A stretch of 64,000 bases of DNA, from the NCBI GenBank assembly GCA_964453895.1, contig CAYVRZ010000013.1, positions 3,975 to 67,974 on the forward strand. Direction: 5' to 3'. This stretch comes from an uncultured Pseudobdellovibrionaceae bacterium (GTDB lineage Bacteria > Bdellovibrionota > Bdellovibrionia > Bdellovibrionales > UBA1609). Shown here one piece after another: positions 52,032 through 60,971 of this stretch; positions within the stretch are counted from its first letter, which is position 1; each line of letters opens with the position of its first letter. A model generated the notes under the pieces. It was not told where the DNA came from and did not search any database. It saw only the letters and a program-made list of their open reading frames with translations. Made by a program: the position numbers and the translations under genes.

Positions 52032-55000
52032 ACTTGCCAAAACTCTCGATCGATCGGCCCGTGTTTATAACCTGCTTGCTTTTGCTGATTATGGTGCTGG
52101 GACTTTTCTCGTTTAAAAAGCTCCCCGTCGATCTTTTTCCAGACATCACCTTTCCGATTGTAACGGTGTCGGTGCCCTATCCCGGTGCCGGCCCGAAGGA
52201 AGTTGAAACATTGGTGGCTAAGCCACTTGAAGAAGAGCTGGGCACGATTTCAGGAATGAAAACGCTGCGCTCGACCAATCGCGAAGGTCTTGCCATCGTG
52301 ATGGCTGAATTCACCTTAGAAACAGATGTTAAGTACGCCGAGCAGCAAGTGCGCGATAAAGTTTCGAGCGCCCGGCGTAAGCTGCCGACCGATATCGAAG
52401 AACCCGTGATCCGGCGGATTGATCCGTCGGATCAGCCGATCTTAATGATCACCCTTTCTGCCGATTTGCCAATGGCCCAGCACTTTGATTTGGCCAATGA
52501 AGTTGTGCGGCCGAAAATTGAAACCATAGACAATGTGGGTTTGGTGGAGGTGCTTGGCGGGCGCAAGCGCGAAATCCATGTCGAGCTCGATCGGGAAAAA
52601 CTGTCGCGCGCCAATTTGTCGGTGAGTGCGATCGCACGCCGCCTTGGGCAGACCGGTCAGAATATTCCGGCCGGGTCGGTGAGCCGCGAATCTGCGGGCC
52701 AAGATATGGTCTTTCGCACGGTGGGTGAATTCGAGTCGGTGAACTCGATCAAAGAGGCGGCCGTCAATTTTTTCGGCAACGACCGCGCTCTTACATTGAG
52801 CGATGTGGGCACGGTGAGCGACACGCTGGCGGATCCGGCCAGCTACACGCTGATCAACGGCGAGCCGACCCTGCTGCTCTACGTTTTTAAGCAAAGCGGG
52901 TCGAATACAATTGCCGTCGCTGAAGCAATCAAAGAGCGGGTGGCAAAGATCAACGAGGAACTCGCGGTTTCGCACAAAGATGTTAAAGCTTCGCTGAATA
53001 TAGTCAGCAATCAGGCGCGCTACATTTCGCTCAACGTCCTCGACGTGCAAGAGTCGATCATCATCGGTATTTTGCTGACCATTTTGGTGGTTTATTTTTT
53101 CTTAGGCAGCATGCGCTCCACATTGATCACCGGGGTCGCGATTCCGGTCTCTTTGATCGGCGCTTTTGCGCTGATGCAGGTGGCTGGGTTTAGCATTAAT
53201 ATTATGAGCCTGCTCGCATTTTCGCTGGCGGTGGGTCTATTGATCGACGATGCCATCGTGGTGCGCGAAAATATATTTCGCCATATGGAGATGGGTAAGA
53301 GTGCTCGTAGGGCCGCACTCGAGGGTACGCTTGAAGTCACCATGGCCGTGATCGCGGTCACGGCCACGATCATCGCCGTGTTTATGCCCATTGGGTTTTT
53401 GAGCGGAGTGGTGGGCCAGTTCTTTAAACAGTTCGGTCTGACGGTGTGTTTTATTATGGCGATCAGTTTGTTTGACGCCCTGACCAACGCACCCATGATG
53501 AGTGCATATTTTGGTGGCACGCACAGTAAAGTCGAATCGAAAAACCCCATTATTTGGTTTCTTCGCATTCCGGTGCGAACTTTCGATCGCGCGTATGCGG
53601 TTGTGCAGTCGGGCTATGCCAACTTCTTGCGTATTCTGATGAAGCGGCCATGGATGGGAATTGTCTTTGCATTTGCGGTGGCGGCGTCGAGCTATTTTCC
53701 GCTCGTGGAAGTTCCCAAGACTTTTTTGCCCGCGCAAGACTCGGGGGAATTTTCAGTCGGTCTAGATATGGCGCCGGGGACGTCGCTTGAGAAAATGCGT
53801 GATCGCGCTTTGGAAATCGACAAAGTGATCCGCGCGAATCCAGACGTCGTGAACGCGGTATTGACCGTGGGTAGCCGGCAAAACGAAAAAAATAAAGCGG
53901 AGTTTTATGTTTTCTTAAGACCGTTTGGCGTTCGCCACAAGTCGACTTCAGACGTAAAGGCTGAGATTCGCACGGCGCTTAAGGAGTTCAAAGATGCCAA
54001 CCCCACCGTAAAGGATATCGATTATGTGGGTGGAGGAATGCGGCCGTTCACCCTGAATCTTGCGGGCCAGGATTTGCCGCAGGTTGAGGCTCTCGCCGTG
54101 AAACTCAAAGAAAAGCTGGCAAATCATCCAGCGCTTCTCGATGTGGACACCACCTTCCGACCGGGGAAGCCGGAGTTTCAGGTCGAGGTGAATCTCGACG
54201 CCGCCCAACGTTTGGGCGTGAGCTCGAGCGCCGTCGGGCAAGAATTGCGCGCGCAAGTGGAGGGTCTAACGCCCGCCGTGTTTCGTGAAAAGGGGCTTGA
54301 GTACGACATTCGCGTGCGCCTAAAGCCCGAGCAGCGCGATCTTGAAAAAGACTATCGCAACATTCTGGTGCCGAATATGAATGATCGTCTTGTGCAACTG
54401 AGTTCGGTGGCCAAGTCGCAGGCGACATCGGGGCCTGCCACGATCGACCGCGAAAACCGCGGTCGATATGTGCAGATTGTGGCTGATCTGGCGCCCACGG
54501 GACCAGGCATGGGCGGCGCGATTGAAGACATTAATAAATGGCTCGGGCCGGGCGGGGAGCTGGCGCTGCCCGAAGGCGTGACCTATCGCTTTGTCGGTCA
54601 GGCCGAGAACTTTCAAGAGCTGCAGAACAGTATGATCATGGCGGCGCTTCTGGGTCTGATTTTTATTTATTTGGTACTCGCTTCACTCTATGAGTCGTTC
54701 TTTATTCCGCTGACCATTATGATGGTGATCCCGATGGCGACGTTCGGAGCGTTCTTTGGCCTCTATGCGTTTGGCAAATCTCTCGATCTCTACTCGATGA
54801 TCGGTTGTATTATGCTAATGGGGCTTGCGACCAAAAATTCGATTATCTTGATTGATTACATCAATCAGCTGATTGAGAAGGGAATGTCACGCGTGGACGC
54901 CATCGTCGAGGCCGGCAGCACGCGCTTACGCCCGATTTTGATGACCAGCTTTGCGTTGGTCGCGGGTATGATTCCGATCGCGGTCGGCTTAAACGAGGTC

Positions 55001-55243
55001 TCGAATCAGCGGAGCTCTCTCGGTGCTGCGGTGATTGGCGGAGTGTTAAGTTCGACTTTGCTGACGCTGATTTTAATACCGGCGGTGTTTATTTATATGG
55101 ATCAGCTGCGCAACTACTTAATGAAGGAGTTCGGCCGGCGGATGGTCACTCAAGATTCTCATTCCGCCAGTAATGGCAATTATAACCATCGGGATTCTTT
55201 TGCAAATAGTCCTGATGATAAGCCTCAGCCGAATAGAATCTAG
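52028..55243 (+). CDS. RND-family efflux transporter permease
   Basis: 1071 aa. Contains SIDRPVFITCLLLLIMVLGLFSFKKLPVDLFPDITFP, IDDAIVVRENI and TKNSIILIDYIN blocks. ATGA-type overlap with the TolC gene. Confidence 0.9.
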   Translation: MNLPKLSIDRPVFITCLLLLIMVLGLFSFKKLPVDLFPDITFPIVTVSVPYPGAGPKEVETLVAKPLEEELGTISGMKTLRSTNREGLAIVMAEFTLETDVKYAEQQVRDKVSSARRKLPTDIEEPVIRRIDPSDQPILMITLSADLPMAQHFDLANEVVRPKIETIDNVGLVEVLGGRKREIHVELDREKLSRANLSVSAIARRLGQTGQNIPAGSVSRESAGQDMVFRTVGEFESVNSIKEAAVNFFGNDRALTLSDVGTVSDTLADPASYTLINGEPTLLLYVFKQSGSNTIAVAEAIKERVAKINEELAVSHKDVKASLNIVSNQARYISLNVLDVQESIIIGILLTILVVYFFLGSMRSTLITGVAIPVSLIGAFALMQVAGFSINIMSLLAFSLAVGLLIDDAIVVRENIFRHMEMGKSARRAALEGTLEVTMAVIAVTATIIAVFMPIGFLSGVVGQFFKQFGLTVCFIMAISLFDALTNAPMMSAYFGGTHSKVESKNPIIWFLRIPVRTFDRAYAVVQSGYANFLRILMKRPWMGIVFAFAVAASSYFPLVEVPKTFLPAQDSGEFSVGLDMAPGTSLEKMRDRALEIDKVIRANPDVVNAVLTVGSRQNEKNKAEFYVFLRPFGVRHKSTSDVKAEIRTALKEFKDANPTVKDIDYVGGGMRPFTLNLAGQDLPQVEALAVKLKEKLANHPALLDVDTTFRPGKPEFQVEVNLDAAQRLGVSSSAVGQELRAQVEGLTPAVFREKGLEYDIRVRLKPEQRDLEKDYRNILVPNMNDRLVQLSSVAKSQATSGPATIDRENRGRYVQIVADLAPTGPGMGGAIEDINKWLGPGGELALPEGVTYRFVGQAENFQELQNSMIMAALLGLIFIYLVLASLYESFFIPLTIMMVIPMATFGAFFGLYAFGKSLDLYSMIGCIMLMGLATKNSIILIDYINQLIEKGMSRVDAIVEAGSTRLRPILMTSFALVAGMIPIAVGLNEVSNQRSSLGAAVIGGVLSSTLLTLILIPAVFIYMDQLRNYLMKEFGRRMVTQDSHSASNGNYNHRDSFANSPDDKPQPNRI

Positions 55244-55649
55244 TCAATGGTTCGACCGAAGTGGTGATGGGGCGGCCCCATTTGCCCGAGCCTTCAATGC
55301 GGCCGATAGCGTTGCGGGCGGCTTCTTTTTGCGTGTCGTCGGTGTAGAAAATGGCCGAGCGGTATTGGGTGCCGATGTCATTGCCCTGTCGGTTTAGCGT
55401 GGTCGGGTCGTGCAGTTGAAAAAATAATTGCAGCAGTTTGTCTAAGGTTACTTTGGACGAATCAAAAATAATCCGCACGGCTTCGGCGTGGCCGGTGCGC
55501 CCGGTCTTCACGTGTTCGTAAGTGGGGTTTTCGAGACTGCCCCCGGTGTAGCCGACTTCGGTCTCTAAGACGCCGGGCACCTTGCGAATCAATTCTTCAA
55601 CACCCCAAAAGCATCCGCCGGCAAGCACGATCGACTGTATGGTGGCCAT
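55146..55649 (-). CDS. msrA: Peptide-methionine (S)-S-oxide reductase
   Basis: Contains VLAGGCFWGVEE (the GCFWG active site) and ...YHQDYLQKNPDGY. Start at ATG 55649, preceded by GGGAGG. Confidence 0.9.
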   Translation of the reverse strand: MATIQSIVLAGGCFWGVEELIRKVPGVLETEVGYTGGSLENPTYEHVKTGRTGHAEAVRIIFDSSKVTLDKLLQLFFQLHDPTTLNRQGNDIGTQYRSAIFYTDDTQKEAARNAIGRIEGSGKWGRPITTSVEPLTRFYSAEAYHQDYLQKNPDGYNCHYWRNENLE

Positions 55650-55672
55650 AAGCACCTCCCGAAAAAGATGTA

Positions 55673-57103
55673 TCAGTTGGGCAGGAGATAAATCAAGTAG
55701 GAGGATTCGTCTTCCGCCACGATCTTCCATTGGGGCAAGGGCGAGAGAATATGGTAAAAATACTTATAGGCGCCGTGTTTCTCGACGAGCAGCATGGTCC
55801 AATTGTATTTGGCGGCCAGTTCAAGAAAACGCTGTTGCGATTTGAATACTCCGATCACGTCGTTCTCGTAAAACTCCATGTCCGTGACAAAGCCGTGGTG
55901 AAAAATCGGCAGTTCGCGCTGCCACACCAAATAGCTGCCGAAGTCATGGGTGTTATAAACATTGCCCTGAATTCGCTTTTCGCGCAGAAACTCAACCGTC
56001 TTAACCGGAAAAAACTTCGGGTCGAGAGTCCATTGCGGAAGCCGCTCTCCGCTCGAGGCGGTGTAGCCGTAGGTAAAATTTTTCGCGGCGATCAGTATTA
56101 AAAATCCGGCCAGAATGGCGGACTGCCACCTTCGAGGGTGGACGAGAACAAAGTTCAGCTGGCTCCACGGTTTTATGCAAATTAAAATCGCAAACGATGC
56201 CCATGGAACAAAGCGCACCGTTTGCGTCGCCACAGCGATGCAGAACAGCGCGAAGATTCCCCTTAAAGTGGTCCAACCTTTGGCTCGCGCGATTATGACT
56301 AAGGTGCTTAAGCTCAATAGCCAAAAGGCGATGGTCTCGGGCGCCGCCCAAAATAGGCGGCTGTACGATGGCATCCACTCAAAGTTATATTTTTTAAAAG
56401 TCGCGGCTTCACCGAGCGCGAACTGAAAAGGGTAAAGCAGGCCGGAGATCCCTTCGGGATTGATTGTGATTACAGCCACCGGCGCGAGCAGCCAGAGCGC
56501 GCGTTTCGCGCCAAGATTTTTTGTCCAAACCATGTGATAGGCGGCCCAAATGCCGAGGAGCAAAAGCCCCATGGCGAATCCGGGGTGGAGCTGCACCCAG
56601 ACCAAGAAAACCGCGCTCAGTATCATAATCATTTTGCGATCCAGTCGATCGCGCGCGAGCAAATAAGACACGAGCCAAACGCAGAGCAGGTCCGAAAACA
56701 TACTTGAGCGTTCGATAAAGCGAAATGAGCCAGCGAGCACGGCGAGCAGCCACAGCGCAATCCACAGCCAAGACATATTTTGCTCGCGCGGTTTAGCTCT
56801 TAAGGTAATAAAAAAAATCGCGCCCCAAGCCAGGACCTTGAGCAATATCAAGCCGGGCACACCGAGCAGTCGATGAAATCCAGCAAACAAAATGTAACTG
56901 AGATATTCGTGCGTCCACACCAGCGTGGCGTTGGGTAGGGCGTAGAGATAGGGGTCCTGCGACTCGGACCAGCGTCCGGAAAAAATAAAATCCCGGGCTA
57001 ACGCCAAGTACATCATCACGTCGCCCGATTGCACAGCGAAGACAGTGAACGAGAGCGCCACGAGGGCGAGTAGACTTGAAAAAACACGGGCTTGAGTCAC
57101 CAT
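55673..57103 (-). CDS. Polytopic membrane protein with soluble C-terminal domain (possible GT-C-like glycosyltransferase)
   Basis: 476 aa with ~11 hydrophobic segments followed by a ~130-aa domain. The architecture resembles ORF 2870..4432. No diagnostic motif was found. Confidence 0.4.
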   Translation of the reverse strand: MVTQARVFSSLLALVALSFTVFAVQSGDVMMYLALARDFIFSGRWSESQDPYLYALPNATLVWTHEYLSYILFAGFHRLLGVPGLILLKVLAWGAIFFITLRAKPREQNMSWLWIALWLLAVLAGSFRFIERSSMFSDLLCVWLVSYLLARDRLDRKMIMILSAVFLVWVQLHPGFAMGLLLLGIWAAYHMVWTKNLGAKRALWLLAPVAVITINPEGISGLLYPFQFALGEAATFKKYNFEWMPSYSRLFWAAPETIAFWLLSLSTLVIIARAKGWTTLRGIFALFCIAVATQTVRFVPWASFAILICIKPWSQLNFVLVHPRRWQSAILAGFLILIAAKNFTYGYTASSGERLPQWTLDPKFFPVKTVEFLREKRIQGNVYNTHDFGSYLVWQRELPIFHHGFVTDMEFYENDVIGVFKSQQRFLELAAKYNWTMLLVEKHGAYKYFYHILSPLPQWKIVAEDESSYLIYLLPN

Positions 57104-57126
57104 AAAAAGTGTGTCAGACTTTCCCC

Positions 57127-57915
57127 ATGAGATTCAATATCATTCTGATCCCATTGGCATTACTGGGTCTCACCGCCCAGGTCCAGGCGTTGACGTGCTT
57201 GGCGAATGGCGCCGAGGTCTGCTCAGGAGCCGAGTTTAAGTTTTCGGCGGTGGCCGCCAACGAATTTGAGAAATCTTTCGACTCACGCCAAGAAAAGTTC
57301 GTCGCCTGGATGAAGCCGGTCGCCATGTATGTTCACGCGACCACCGGGCTGCCGCTGTCGATCACCATTGCCCAGGCGGGCTTAAGTTCCGAGTGGGGCA
57401 CCAGTTTGGCTTTCACCAAACACAACAATATTTTTAAAATCACCTGTTGGCAGCCAAAGACATTGTTGAATGGGGAAGTGGTGCTCGGTGGCAAGAAGTT
57501 CACCTACTCCGGCCGTTGCTCGACCGATAAGGCCGCGGGCCAGGTCGGTAAAATTATGACCTTTGCCAGCCGCGAAGAATCATTCTTGGCCTACTTGGGC
57601 ATGCTGCTCAATTCACACTCCAAGCTTTTTAAGCCCGTGCAGGACCATCTTAAGCATGCCTTGGCCACGGTTCCGCCGCGCCCGCCGAGTTTTCGCGGGG
57701 TCGGCTCAATGCTCGCCGCTTTTTCGCCGGATCCAAGTTATGTGGCCGCTCTCCACCGCTCGATACAGATGAACAAAATTGACGAAAACGAGGGTGTGCC
57801 GTGCTGGGTGTGCCTGCGCGATAAGTCGCGGCCTTCGGCATCACCAACCCCGGTCGCAGCGCCACCGGCGGCCTCGCAACCGCCAGCGGCGGCAAAGCAC
57901 AAGGCGGACCAATGA
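57127..57915 (+). CDS. Secreted glucosaminidase-domain (FlgJ/muramidase-like) peptidoglycan hydrolase
   Basis: Signal peptide MRFNIILIPLALLGLTAQVQA. SITIAQAGLSSEWGTSLAFTKHNNIFKI matches the mannosyl-glycoprotein endo-beta-N-acetylglucosaminidase domain core (AQAxLESGWG...NNxFGIK). Pro/Ala-rich tail. Confidence 0.6.
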   Translation: MRFNIILIPLALLGLTAQVQALTCLANGAEVCSGAEFKFSAVAANEFEKSFDSRQEKFVAWMKPVAMYVHATTGLPLSITIAQAGLSSEWGTSLAFTKHNNIFKITCWQPKTLLNGEVVLGGKKFTYSGRCSTDKAAGQVGKIMTFASREESFLAYLGMLLNSHSKLFKPVQDHLKHALATVPPRPPSFRGVGSMLAAFSPDPSYVAALHRSIQMNKIDENEGVPCWVCLRDKSRPSASPTPVAAPPAASQPPAAAKHKADQ

Positions 57916-58484
57916 AATTTTTAAAATTGGCCATTGTGCTGTTCTTCTCTCCCGTCGCACTCGCCCAGTTGGTGCAGAGCGATTGTCTTCCGGCGGAGCA
58001 AAAGATTTTGCGGAGTGCGGAGTTTAGCAGGCAGTTTGTGATCCATGGATTTTTGCCGGTGCAAGACTGCACGCCAATCAAGGGGCTCGATAAGGAATTG
58101 CTTTTAATTAATGTGGTGGCTAGCACCACGGCGGGTCTAGAGAGTTACATCTCATTGTTTGAGCGCAAAGGTTTTTCGGAGAATGCGGTGGCCGTGTTTA
58201 AGAGTCCCGCCCTGGCCTTCGACACCTTTCCGGTGTTGGTCAAAAATGTTCAGCGGCTGGCCTTTGTTCACCCGGCCTCCGATAAAAGCAAATTGATATT
58301 GTATATGTCCATGCAGACCGGGCCCGCAGCCGCGCGGCTGGCGCGGTGGGAGTATACCTACGATAAGAAAGAGCTGCATGAGACCAATCGCAACTGGCCT
58401 TTTGAGGCGGGGATTATCGCGAAGATTTACGAGGACGCGACGACTTGGCGGGCGTTGATTGAGGTTCGCTCGGTGGAGCTATGA
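57912..58484 (+). CDS. Hypothetical secreted protein
   Basis: Signal peptide MKFLKLAIVLFFSPVALAQ. ATGA-type overlap with the upstream hydrolase gene. No family recognised. Confidence 0.45.
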   Translation: MKFLKLAIVLFFSPVALAQLVQSDCLPAEQKILRSAEFSRQFVIHGFLPVQDCTPIKGLDKELLLINVVASTTAGLESYISLFERKGFSENAVAVFKSPALAFDTFPVLVKNVQRLAFVHPASDKSKLILYMSMQTGPAAARLARWEYTYDKKELHETNRNWPFEAGIIAKIYEDATTWRALIEVRSVEL

Positions 58485-59483
58485 GCGAACTCCTGAGATC
58501 CCGGCATTGAACATTTCGACCAATGCGCCCAAAAATTCTTTATCTAAGAGTTCAAAATAGTTCGCCGTTATCTCTTGAATGGCGTCGAGCGGTTCTACGC
58601 CTTCGGAATCGGGCGTGCGCATGATTCGGTAGCAGAATTCATCGGCCACCGATAGAACCTTGGCCATGGGATGAATGGCGCTCTTTTTCGTTTGAAAGGG
58701 AAACCCTTTGCCGGCGCAGTTTTCGTGATGCTGTCTTACAATTTGCCGCACATCTTCGGGGATGGACTTCACATCCTCGAGCATTTCGTAGCCAAGAAGC
58801 ACGTGAGTCTCAAAGGCCTTCCGGTCCTCCACGGTCCATTTGTTTTTAGGCGTGGACAAAATATGCTGGCTGATTTCTTTTTCGCCCACGTCATGCAGCA
58901 GTCCCGCTACAGCGAGCTTAAATTTGTTGGTCGGCAGATTCCACTTAAGGTGCTGACTAATCAGTACGGCGTATACGCTTGCGCCTAAACTGTGGGCGAA
59001 GGCGTGGTCGGAATGGTTTTTAAGACTATCGAGCAAATTCATGGCTTTGCGGTCGTCGGTCAGAACGTCCATGCTGGCCTCGACAAATGCGGCGGCGTTG
59101 GCAAAAGTCTGGTCATTAAGTCCCTCGTGACGGACTCGGCTGTGCAAGATCTCCGCGGCGTGCTTGAGCAGGTGGATCTTTCTCTCTAGGCTGGCTTGAT
59201 CGCGTTCTTTGGACATGGCCGAGAAGTCGATCTCAAAGCCGACAAATTTGCGAAAATCCTCTATGCGCAGATAGAGAAATGAAAGGCCCTTCTGCTTATA
59301 GGCGCGAATCCGATCCACGGATATATCCTCGCCTTGATGGGCCACTTTGACAAAGCGGTCGTCGGTGACGCGTATGTAAATATTAAATTTCGTTTTGCGG
59401 CCGGTGGCAAAGTCGTCGATGCCGAGCTTGCAATAGTCGTCGGACGAGTCGGCTCGGCCTATGGGACCTAGGGCTTTTGACAT
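58479..59483 (-). CDS. HD-GYP-type domain protein (putative cyclic-di-GMP phosphodiesterase or sensor)
   Basis: Contains FAHSLGASVYA ... LLHDVGE ... HHENCAGKGFPFQ. This is the HD-GYP layout with GFP in place of GYP. Confidence 0.7.
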   Translation of the reverse strand: MSKALGPIGRADSSDDYCKLGIDDFATGRKTKFNIYIRVTDDRFVKVAHQGEDISVDRIRAYKQKGLSFLYLRIEDFRKFVGFEIDFSAMSKERDQASLERKIHLLKHAAEILHSRVRHEGLNDQTFANAAAFVEASMDVLTDDRKAMNLLDSLKNHSDHAFAHSLGASVYAVLISQHLKWNLPTNKFKLAVAGLLHDVGEKEISQHILSTPKNKWTVEDRKAFETHVLLGYEMLEDVKSIPEDVRQIVRQHHENCAGKGFPFQTKKSAIHPMAKVLSVADEFCYRIMRTPDSEGVEPLDAIQEITANYFELLDKEFLGALVEMFNAGISGVRS

Positions 59484-59582
59484 GAACTTATGTTTATAGA
59501 TTTAAAGTTATTTAGATAGAGATAGTTGTCGCGGAGTCTTGCTTTTAGACCTTTAGCCGGACCTAGCCGGCCTGGCCGTTAT

Positions 59583-60428
59583 TTATTGACAGACCACGCC
59601 GGGTACGATGACCAAATCACTGATCAAGAAGGCGTTGCCCGTCGGGTTGACGTTGGTGTCGAGAAAGTTGCCGCCACCGGTTTGCGCCATCATTTGCAGG
59701 CGGTCATGAGCATCTTGATTGCTGTCGCCGTAGTAAACGGTATTAAAGCTCACTTGGCCACCGGCGCCCGCGGCATTTTTAATGGCCGTGACTTTTTGGT
59801 TCAAAATCATATCGGATACAGACGGGTTCGGCATACCGTCGGACAAGAACACGACGATGTATTTGGTGTTGGGCAGTCGGCCCGTGTCGCTCGAGATTGT
59901 AGCTTCAGCGGCGTCCAGCGCGGCCACATAGGGCGTGTTGCCTTGGTCATTCATGCCGTTAAAGGCGGTAATCGCACCTTGCATGGCGGCCGCATTGGCA
60001 TTGGCGATCAGCGTGTTGGCTGAAGTATTGGCAAAGGTTGTAAAGCCCCAAGAGAAATTCGTCTTTGCTGCGTAGCTATTGTAAAAGCGCTGGATCGATC
60101 CACCGCGCACGGCTTTTTGCGGGTCGGTTCCGTTGTTGCCGGTGTTCGAGCCCGAGACATCCACCACAAAGACCATTTTTACGGGTGTGGTGAGTGCTTT
60201 AAGTTCATCGCGGCAGTTGGGTCCACCCGTTTGGGTGACTACGCCTGTGGCTTCATCATCACTGTTACCTAAATTTACGGGGCCGCCGGCACCGGGTGTG
60301 TTGCTGCCATCGCCACTTGAGCTGAATTTTTGGTCAGCGCAGTTTTGAAAGGAGACAATTAGGCCTAAAGCGGCGACGCTTAGACCAAGCTTCTTCATAA
60401 ACGTTTTCAAGCTGTTCATATTACCCAT
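59583..60428 (-). CDS. von Willebrand factor type A (VWA) domain lipoprotein
   Basis: Lipobox LIVSFQNC. MIDAS motif VFVVDVSGSNTG (DxSxS), then VVFLSDGMPN. Start at ATG 60428, preceded by GGGGG. Confidence 0.7.
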   Translation of the reverse strand: MGNMNSLKTFMKKLGLSVAALGLIVSFQNCADQKFSSSGDGSNTPGAGGPVNLGNSDDEATGVVTQTGGPNCRDELKALTTPVKMVFVVDVSGSNTGNNGTDPQKAVRGGSIQRFYNSYAAKTNFSWGFTTFANTSANTLIANANAAAMQGAITAFNGMNDQGNTPYVAALDAAEATISSDTGRLPNTKYIVVFLSDGMPNPSVSDMILNQKVTAIKNAAGAGGQVSFNTVYYGDSNQDAHDRLQMMAQTGGGNFLDTNVNPTGNAFLISDLVIVPGVVCQ

Positions 60429-60575
60429 GTCAGACCCCCGCCCATACGAATTGCAACCCATGGGCCCAGGAGATCTTCACTGGTTGCAATAGAATACGGA
60501 ATGGACACTAAGCAGGGCCGAGTCCACTGTCGAACTCAAAAAAATGCCTATAAGTTAGTGTCTCAAATTGAAATG

Positions 60576-60872
60576 CTATCGCCGCTCGAGGGGGCTAAGC
60601 TCGACGTTGCAGCGTCGGTCGACAAATACGATAAATGTGGCCCAGGAGTCGCGGCCGTCCCAAGTTCGCACTCGGCCTGTGATCAATCCCTCAAACGTAC
60701 CACCACCTAAATTCGCAAACTCCTTCACCTGGCCGCCCAGGCTCTGCGCTTCGTCCGCGACGCGGCGATAGGCGGTCTCTTCGCCACAGGCGAATGCCAA
60801 AGGTCCGACCACAGCTAAACAAACAGCTAAATAAAAAATTAGGGCGGCTTTCACAGGAACCCCTTTTGACAT
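60576..60872 (-). CDS. Small hypothetical lipoprotein
   Basis: 98 aa. Hydrophobic N-terminus with PLAFAC. No family recognised. Coding status is not certain. Confidence 0.3.
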   Translation of the reverse strand: MSKGVPVKAALIFYLAVCLAVVGPLAFACGEETAYRRVADEAQSLGGQVKEFANLGGGTFEGLITGRVRTWDGRDSWATFIVFVDRRCNVELSPLERR

Positions 60873-60971
60873 GGGGTTTATTAGCGTTTCAGAATGGGAA
60901 GGGCAAGCCGGAATAGTTCGCGCTGAATCCGACCTCGTGTTCTAATTTAAGATGGTAGGTTAGGGGGTCAT

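Noticed and set aside
52442-53050. 202-aa minus-strand ORF (and similar ones at 53092-53737 and 42712-43251) inside RND genes
   Set aside because: They are antisense to well-supported RND permease frames. Their composition is typical of non-coding antisense frames.
59526-60023. 165-aa plus-strand ORF overlapping the VWA lipoprotein gene
   Set aside because: It is antisense to a frame with a lipobox and a MIDAS motif, and it has no features of its own.
60503-60562. 8-bp inverted repeat GACACTAA ... TTAGTGTC, ~45 nt apart, between the VWA gene and the small lipoprotein gene
   Set aside because: The arms are short with a long loop. An 8-bp match at this distance is expected fairly often by chance, and there is no supporting context.
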